From the NCBI GenBank assembly GCA_030690215.1, contig JAUYHD010000029.1, positions 14,568-78,567 on the forward strand: a stretch of 64,000 bases of DNA. Reading direction: 5' to 3'. The notes under the pieces were generated by a model. That model was not told the origin of the DNA, did no database searches, and saw only the letters and a list, made by a program, of their open reading frames with translations. How positions within the stretch are numbered: the stretch's first letter is position 1; each line of letters begins with the position of its first letter. The DNA comes from a bacterium. GTDB taxonomy: Bacteria > Patescibacteriota > Minisyncoccia > 1-14-0-10-42-19. The position numbers and the translations under genes are program-made. This document shows, piece by piece, positions 59,038 to 64,000 of the stretch.

Positions 59038-59967
59038 TTATACGCCACAACTCTCGCCTCCACGAGACTCGGGAGGACCAACCTCCAAAAGAATCTTTTG
59101 ATACCCCTGTGCGCTTGAGTAAGCGGATCCTAAAACCTCTTTCGCATCAACCTCATCCCAGCTCACACCGCGCATCTGAAAATATGTTGCAATCGTAAGA
59201 TAGGTATCCGGAAACCAGTATGAGTTCACCTGAAGTGCAACGGCATACATCTCTTCTTCCGAAACACTTTCTGCCGCCATCAACTCCAAAAGCCCGAGCA
59301 TCGCCATGCCGTGATTACAATCGGGGAAATAAACAGAATTACCGCAACATGGCCGATAAATATTTTGGGATACCCGCTCAACTAGTCTTTGCTGTTCTTC
59401 GGTAAGTACTGCAAAAGAATGCGCGCTATAATGGTCCATCGCATCCCCTACCGCAAGCGTCCAACCGCCGGTTGAAGCAAAATTACCAGCATCCCCGCCG
59501 TACCGGGGATCAATCATGGGCCCTTCTTCTAAAATCGGGTTTTTGTTTGATAGCCCAAATGCCCACAAAAGATTTAATAATGTGTGGGCATTCTCCCGGC
59601 TTATAACAATCATGTTATTGTTTTCTTCGTACAAAAGCGCTCTCGCTTCCCCGCCCAATCCTCCCTGGTTGGCATACAATTCCTCAAATTGATCTGCATC
59701 AATAACACCCGCCTCAACCATTTGCTTGCCGAAAGACCCCCATCTGATAGGAAGAAGAATTCCCTCCGAAGGAAGAACCGCTTCTTCGATATTTACTTCT
59801 TGAACCACATGCGTTTTCTTGTGCAAGGCAAATACGAATTGGGGTGTAATAGCAAACTCAATTGAGAAAAAATAATTCACAATAAATATACCAAGCAATA
59901 CAAATGCTATTACCCGCCAATACCGCGCTGCTTTCTCTGATGAGGAATGATCATTATTCATACTCAT
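59038..59967 (-). CDS. Uncharacterised membrane-anchored Cys-motif protein
   Basis: N-terminal TM, RPCCGNSVYFPDCNHGMA, C-terminal SCGV; start refined. Confidence 0.75.
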   Translation of the reverse strand: MSMNNDHSSSEKAARYWRVIAFVLLGIFIVNYFFSIEFAITPQFVFALHKKTHVVQEVNIEEAVLPSEGILLPIRWGSFGKQMVEAGVIDADQFEELYANQGGLGGEARALLYEENNNMIVISRENAHTLLNLLWAFGLSNKNPILEEGPMIDPRYGGDAGNFASTGGWTLAVGDAMDHYSAHSFAVLTEEQQRLVERVSQNIYRPCCGNSVYFPDCNHGMAMLGLLELMAAESVSEEEMYAVALQVNSYWFPDTYLTIATYFQMRGVSWDEVDAKEVLGSAYSSAQGYQKILLEVGPPESRGGESCGV

Positions 59968-59974
59968 ATACAAT

Positions 59975-60832
59975 TTACGAATGGAACTTCTTTTCCGCCC
60001 GAAAAAGAAAGAAAAGAAAAATCCCGATAATAATAATGGCCCAGACAGCATCTGGAATGACCGACAATAATTCAAAGGCATATTGCGTCCATGCATTGAG
60101 CGAACGCCCCACCCCAGCCTGCGCATCCGGCGACCAGAATGCGTTACCCGAAAGACCCAACACAAGCATCGTCATACCAATAATAAGAAATATGACACTT
60201 GACACAAGATTGGTGGAATGAGCATAGAAAATTTTTGTTCCTATTTTTACTTCCAAAAGCTTCCCCCTGATAATTGCCGACTCTTCTATTTTATACTTAT
60301 CGTACAGGTATGCCGTAATGAAGAGAGGAAATGTCATGCCGAAAATGTATGCGAACACAACAATAATAGCCTTCCAGAACGCACCCGATATAACCGCGAG
60401 TGTCATGGCGCCGGCAAGCACAGGCGCGCAACACGAAGTCGCCGCTCCCGATAACACACCGAGCATAAATACAGACCTTGCATTTGATAGCTTTAATTTA
60501 GATCGCATTCGCCCCGGCAACGGCAAAAATATTCCTTTCCCCAACAGTGACATCACGGCAAGCAACAGCATAAAAAGTCCGCCGAATATATACAGCTCTT
60601 TGTGGAAATCCTGGAAAACTTGAGCAAGACCGGCCGCACCCAATCCAATCGGTATAAGAACAACCGAAATCCCAGCGAAAAAAATAAATGTCATCTTAAG
60701 AATATTTCTTTTTTCACGAAAAGCCGATCCAAGATATGCCGGCAAAAGCACGGTAATACAGCAGGGAGCAAAAAGCGCAACCATCCCCGCAAGAAATGCG
60801 GCAATAATGGATGCCGAAAAAATAATATCCAT
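59975..60832 (-). CDS. CcdA-family membrane protein
   Basis: FAPCCITVLLPAY and SCCAPVL. Confidence 0.85.
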   Translation of the reverse strand: MDIIFSASIIAAFLAGMVALFAPCCITVLLPAYLGSAFREKRNILKMTFIFFAGISVVLIPIGLGAAGLAQVFQDFHKELYIFGGLFMLLLAVMSLLGKGIFLPLPGRMRSKLKLSNARSVFMLGVLSGAATSCCAPVLAGAMTLAVISGAFWKAIIVVFAYIFGMTFPLFITAYLYDKYKIEESAIIRGKLLEVKIGTKIFYAHSTNLVSSVIFLIIGMTMLVLGLSGNAFWSPDAQAGVGRSLNAWTQYAFELLSVIPDAVWAIIIIGIFLFFLFRAEKKFHS

Positions 60833-60834
60833 AG

Positions 60835-61353
60835 TTATCGCATCACGGTCGCCTGAAACGAAAATTCAAGCTTCGGTGATGTCCCCGAATTAGTTTCAAG
60901 ATAGACAGACCTTTGCGCGAGACCCACACCCGAAGGACCGTGCGCAGCAGGATCAAAAATCGCTTCAATTGTAATGCGCTCCCCCGGAGCGACCTCTATA
61001 TCGGCACTAGACGGCCCGGCATGACCCGGCATGCCGAATATCCCACGCACATTTCCTGCGCCATCCGTAATTTGTGCTGCGGTACACATGCAAGATGTGT
61101 ATACTTTCGTAATAATAACCGGTTCTTCCCCGCTATTTTCAGCAACAAAGTCGTGGCTCACCTTTCCGTCTTTCATGGATATTGTTTCAAAATCAAATGA
61201 AGCATCAGCAGTTTGCAGAATGCCCGCGGAGAACTGCTGTACTGGCTGCCTATCTTCATAATCATTACCCGATGCAACAATGGCTATTCCTCCAACAAGA
61301 ACGAAAAGAGAAAGAACGCTCCATTGTATTATTTGTTTTGTACTTTTCTTCAT
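60835..61353 (-). CDS. DUF1573-like Ig-fold protein
   Basis: FDF..I..VSHDF..N.G..TSCMCT, MPGH, FDPAAHGP; start refined. Confidence 0.8.
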   Translation of the reverse strand: MKKSTKQIIQWSVLSLFVLVGGIAIVASGNDYEDRQPVQQFSAGILQTADASFDFETISMKDGKVSHDFVAENSGEEPVIITKVYTSCMCTAAQITDGAGNVRGIFGMPGHAGPSSADIEVAPGERITIEAIFDPAAHGPSGVGLAQRSVYLETNSGTSPKLEFSFQATVMR

Positions 61354-61435
61354 AGTAGTAAGAATCAAAAACACCCGTTCAAAAATTGAACGGGTGTATG
61401 AATGGAAAAATAATAAGAGAATCGCCCCTACAGCA

Positions 61436-61879
61436 TTACCGTAAGGCAATATTCCATACACCCCTAAAGGAAACAAGGGAATCGCACTTGTTATGAAGCG
61501 CAATCCATTGAAGCACAGGGAAACGCGCCAAATAAATTATGGTGCCCTCCTGTATGCTATATGTCGGAATATAAAACGGATTTTCCCCAAGTAAAGACGA
61601 TCTTTTTGCTGCAAAAAGAGAAGCCCCAACCAATGAGATAAGGAGTAGAAAAGCAACAAAAGGAGAAGAAACAAGAGATCGTCCAAACGATTGAAGCCCC
61701 GAAATATGATGGCCCACAGAAGAAAGCAAGCCATAGGAAGCGCAATCACTCGCTACAAATATTGAAAATGGGCACAGCACATGAGCGCCGTGCGTAAGAG
61801 AACTCAACCACAAAAACCCAAAAACACCCGCGAAAATAAACGCACATAGCAATAGGGTTGGGCGTATCTGTGATTTCAT
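61436..61879 (-). CDS. Hypothetical membrane protein with CPF/HH motifs
   Basis: TATAAT 6 nt before ATG; H..CPF....C...HH pattern. Confidence 0.55.
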   Translation of the reverse strand: MKSQIRPTLLLCAFIFAGVFGFLWLSSLTHGAHVLCPFSIFVASDCASYGLLSSVGHHISGLQSFGRSLVSSPFVAFLLLISLVGASLFAAKRSSLLGENPFYIPTYSIQEGTIIYLARFPVLQWIALHNKCDSLVSFRGVWNIALR

Positions 61880-61914
61880 AGTTGCATTATAACAAAAAAT
61901 GGAGAAAAATCAAG

Positions 61915-62454
61915 TTATTGTTTTTCTACAAGCTCCGCGAATTCTTTTTGGACTTTTTGGAGCTTCGGATTAATCACTAACTGGCAATATTGGTTTTTAG
62001 GATTTTTTTCGTAATAATCCTTATGATAGTCTTCCGCTTCATAAAATTTCTCTAGCGGTTTCACCTCAGTTACAATCGGCTCTCCATCCTCCGACGATTC
62101 GTTTAATTTTTCTATAAACGCTTCCGCTTGTTTCTTTTGTTCCTCGTCCATATACAAAATAATTGAACGATATTGCTCGCCCACGTCCGACCCCTGGCGA
62201 TTTGGTGTAGTTGGATCGTGCGTTGCAAAAAACACCGTAAGAAGACTTTTTAAGGATATACTATCCGCATCATATTCAATACGAATCACTTCTGCGTGGC
62301 CCGTTTCCCCGCCCGACACCTCTTCGTATGTCGGATTTTCTTTTGTCCCTCCCGCATACCCCGGCGTCACATCAAATACCCCCCCGAGTTCCTTGAACAC
62401 GGCCTCCGTGCACCAAAAACATCCGCCCCCAAACACAATTACTTTTTTATTCAT
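61915..62454 (-). CDS. msrA: Peptide-methionine (S)-S-oxide reductase
   Basis: GGGCFWC, GHAEVI, HDPTT.NRQG.D.G.QYRS, AEDYH. Confidence 0.96.
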   Translation of the reverse strand: MNKKVIVFGGGCFWCTEAVFKELGGVFDVTPGYAGGTKENPTYEEVSGGETGHAEVIRIEYDADSISLKSLLTVFFATHDPTTPNRQGSDVGEQYRSIILYMDEEQKKQAEAFIEKLNESSEDGEPIVTEVKPLEKFYEAEDYHKDYYEKNPKNQYCQLVINPKLQKVQKEFAELVEKQ

Positions 62455-62511
62455 ATCTATCATCATAACAAAAATCCCGTTCTATGCGGGATTTTTGTAT
62501 TGTTCTATATA

Positions 62512-63714
62512 TTATCCGAATGTAAACGCAAACGCCCCCACCCCGGGTCTCTTGAACATTATCCATAACACATGCTCGCCGTACTCTCCCTGCAAGTCTA
62601 TAAGATTGTACAAATCATGTCCGCCAAAATGCACAATGCCGTTTTCGTCAGCGTCCGCGCCTCTGTTTGAAGCATCAACGCGTTTCCCGTCCAAATAGAT
62701 CTCTGCTTCAACGGCGCCATCGAGAGCACCCGCTACCAAATTTACTTTTGACGCAGAAAACCCAAGAACAATAGCCCCCTCATTGCTTTTGAGGACCGCC
62801 TCTTCCGAGTTTATCTGCCACGAGCCACCCAAGCGAAATGTATTAAGCTCAACACCATCTTCTTCCGCGTCAAAATCACATACGGCATCAAGACACGAAC
62901 GCAAAAAGGTGTTTGCGATATGCTGCAAGCGACTGTGGCCAAAATACATTTCAGGAGATTGCACCTTCCCAAAATCAACATTCTGGGTATCTGCCGGAGG
63001 ATTTTCATTTAAAAAGACCGCGTCCATACCCAATACGAGATTTTTTTCATTCAACAGCTCAACAATCTTTTTTTCCGTCTCTTCGTATGCCCCCTCACCG
63101 ATGTGATCGTACACAATAAACCCATCTATATCTATCAAATATTTGCGCGGCCAATACCTATTTTTATATGACTGCCATGTAGAATAATCATTATCTAAAA
63201 TAACCGGGTATTGTATGCCAAACTTTTCTACCGCGCGCTGGACATTTTCAATATCTTTTTCAAATTCAAATTCCGGGGTATGAATCCCTAAAATCACAAG
63301 CCCCTCATCGGCATATTTTTCATGCCACGAATTAAGGTACGGGGTTGTCCGCTGGCAATTAATACAAGAATACGTCCAAAAATCCACAAGAATAATTTTT
63401 TTACCGATAAGCTCCGAAATAGTAATAGGCCCGGCTTGCCCTGAGCCTGTGGTTCGACTTTGCTCACCACCCTGAGTGTTAATCGAATGGGTCGAAGGGG
63501 TATTGATAAACCCGTCCGGCGTAGAAATTTCTTTTGCGGGCTCAAATTGTTTTTCTTTTTCGGCGACACGCTCTCCTTCGTTCATGATTACTACATTTTG
63601 GTTTCCCGACGATGAAGATGGCGCATCGATTTTGCGCGATTCAAGATAGAATATCGCGCCCGCCACAAGCACAAGCACCACAATAGAAAAAATTGTATTC
63701 TTTGAGACAGCCAT
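62512..63714 (-). CDS. DipZ-like thioredoxin-domain protein with in-frame repeat insertion
   Basis: DFWTYSCINC, HTPEFEFE, C-terminal AFTFG. Confidence 0.9.
   Translation of the reverse strand: MAVSKNTIFSIVVLVLVAGAIFYLESRKIDAPSSSSGNQNVVIMNEGERVAEKEKQFEPAKEISTPDGFINTPSTHSINTQGGEQSRTTGSGQAGPITISELIGKKIILVDFWTYSCINCQRTTPYLNSWHEKYADEGLVILGIHTPEFEFEKDIENVQRAVEKFGIQYPVILDNDYSTWQSYKNRYWPRKYLIDIDGFIVYDHIGEGAYEETEKKIVELLNEKNLVLGMDAVFLNENPPADTQNVDFGKVQSPEMYFGHSRLQHIANTFLRSCLDAVCDFDAEEDGVELNTFRLGGSWQINSEEAVLKSNEGAIVLGFSASKVNLVAGALDGAVEAEIYLDGKRVDASNRGADADENGIVHFGGHDLYNLIDLQGEYGEHVLWIMFKRPGVGAFAFTFG
63436..63500. repeat. Nested palindromic insertion in frame (PSTHSINTQGGEQSRTTGSGQ)
   Basis: Outer CTTGCCCTGAGC..GTCGAAGGG, inner GTGGTTCGAC..GCTCACCAC. 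Confidence 0.75.
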
Positions 63715-64000
63715 TATTGGAGTAAAAGGTTATTCAAAAAATCAAAATTCGCGACTAGATTTAAGCTCTGCGTAAATACCAAAACACCAAGCACGATAAG
63801 AATAATACCGAATATCTTGCTTATATACGAAAACACTCCCGCATACCGGTTTACAAACTCCTGTGAACGCGAAACAAAAAGCCCTACGAGTAAAAACGGC
63901 AAACCAAGTCCGAGCGAATACAAAAACAAAAGATAAAACGCTTTGCCCGGGGCGGTTGCCGCAAGTCCTAAAATAGCGCCGAGTGCAGCCCCCACGCAGG
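63714..64000 (-). CDS. ccdA: CcdA-family protein, C-terminal part (truncated by window end)
   Basis: CVGAALGAIL..YSLGLGLPFL; abuts the DipZ-like thioredoxin. Confidence 0.8.
   Translation of the reverse strand, partial: CVGAALGAILGLAATAPGKAFYLLFLYSLGLGLPFLLVGLFVSRSQEFVNRYAGVFSYISKIFGIILIVLGVLVFTQSLNLVANFDFLNNLLLQ

Overview
64-kb chromosomal window of a bacterium using genetic code 11. Gene content (VirB4/HerA-like ATPase, PaaX/Cas2-like protein, short ATP synthase delta/epsilon, cohesin-domain protein, many leaderless-looking genes) suggests a Parcubacteria-type CPR genome; this is an inference. It holds housekeeping genes (glmS, leuS, ddl, mnmA, mltG, uppP, msrA, a complete atpBEFHAGDC operon), envelope glycosyltransferases, two M3B oligopeptidases, a MacAB-type ABC system and a copper/thiol-redox cluster. 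No rRNA, tRNA, CRISPR array or transposase was recognised. The notable signal is in repeats and non-coding DNA. (1) A family of CCC..GGG-ended miniature elements with 4-bp YNNR target duplications; one is a 299-bp element almost filled by an intact GIY-YIG nuclease gene and sits in tandem with a non-coding sibling. (2) A PaaX/Cas2-like gene bracketed by two 40-bp palindromes. (3) Several palindromic and heptamer repeat families inserted in frame in leuS, mnmA and a thioredoxin gene, or supplying start/stop codons. (4) A 6S-like RNA candidate with its own promoter and terminator. (5) A covarying RNA hairpin shared by both pepF genes. Coordinates were read by eye and many starts were refined from the ORF track.
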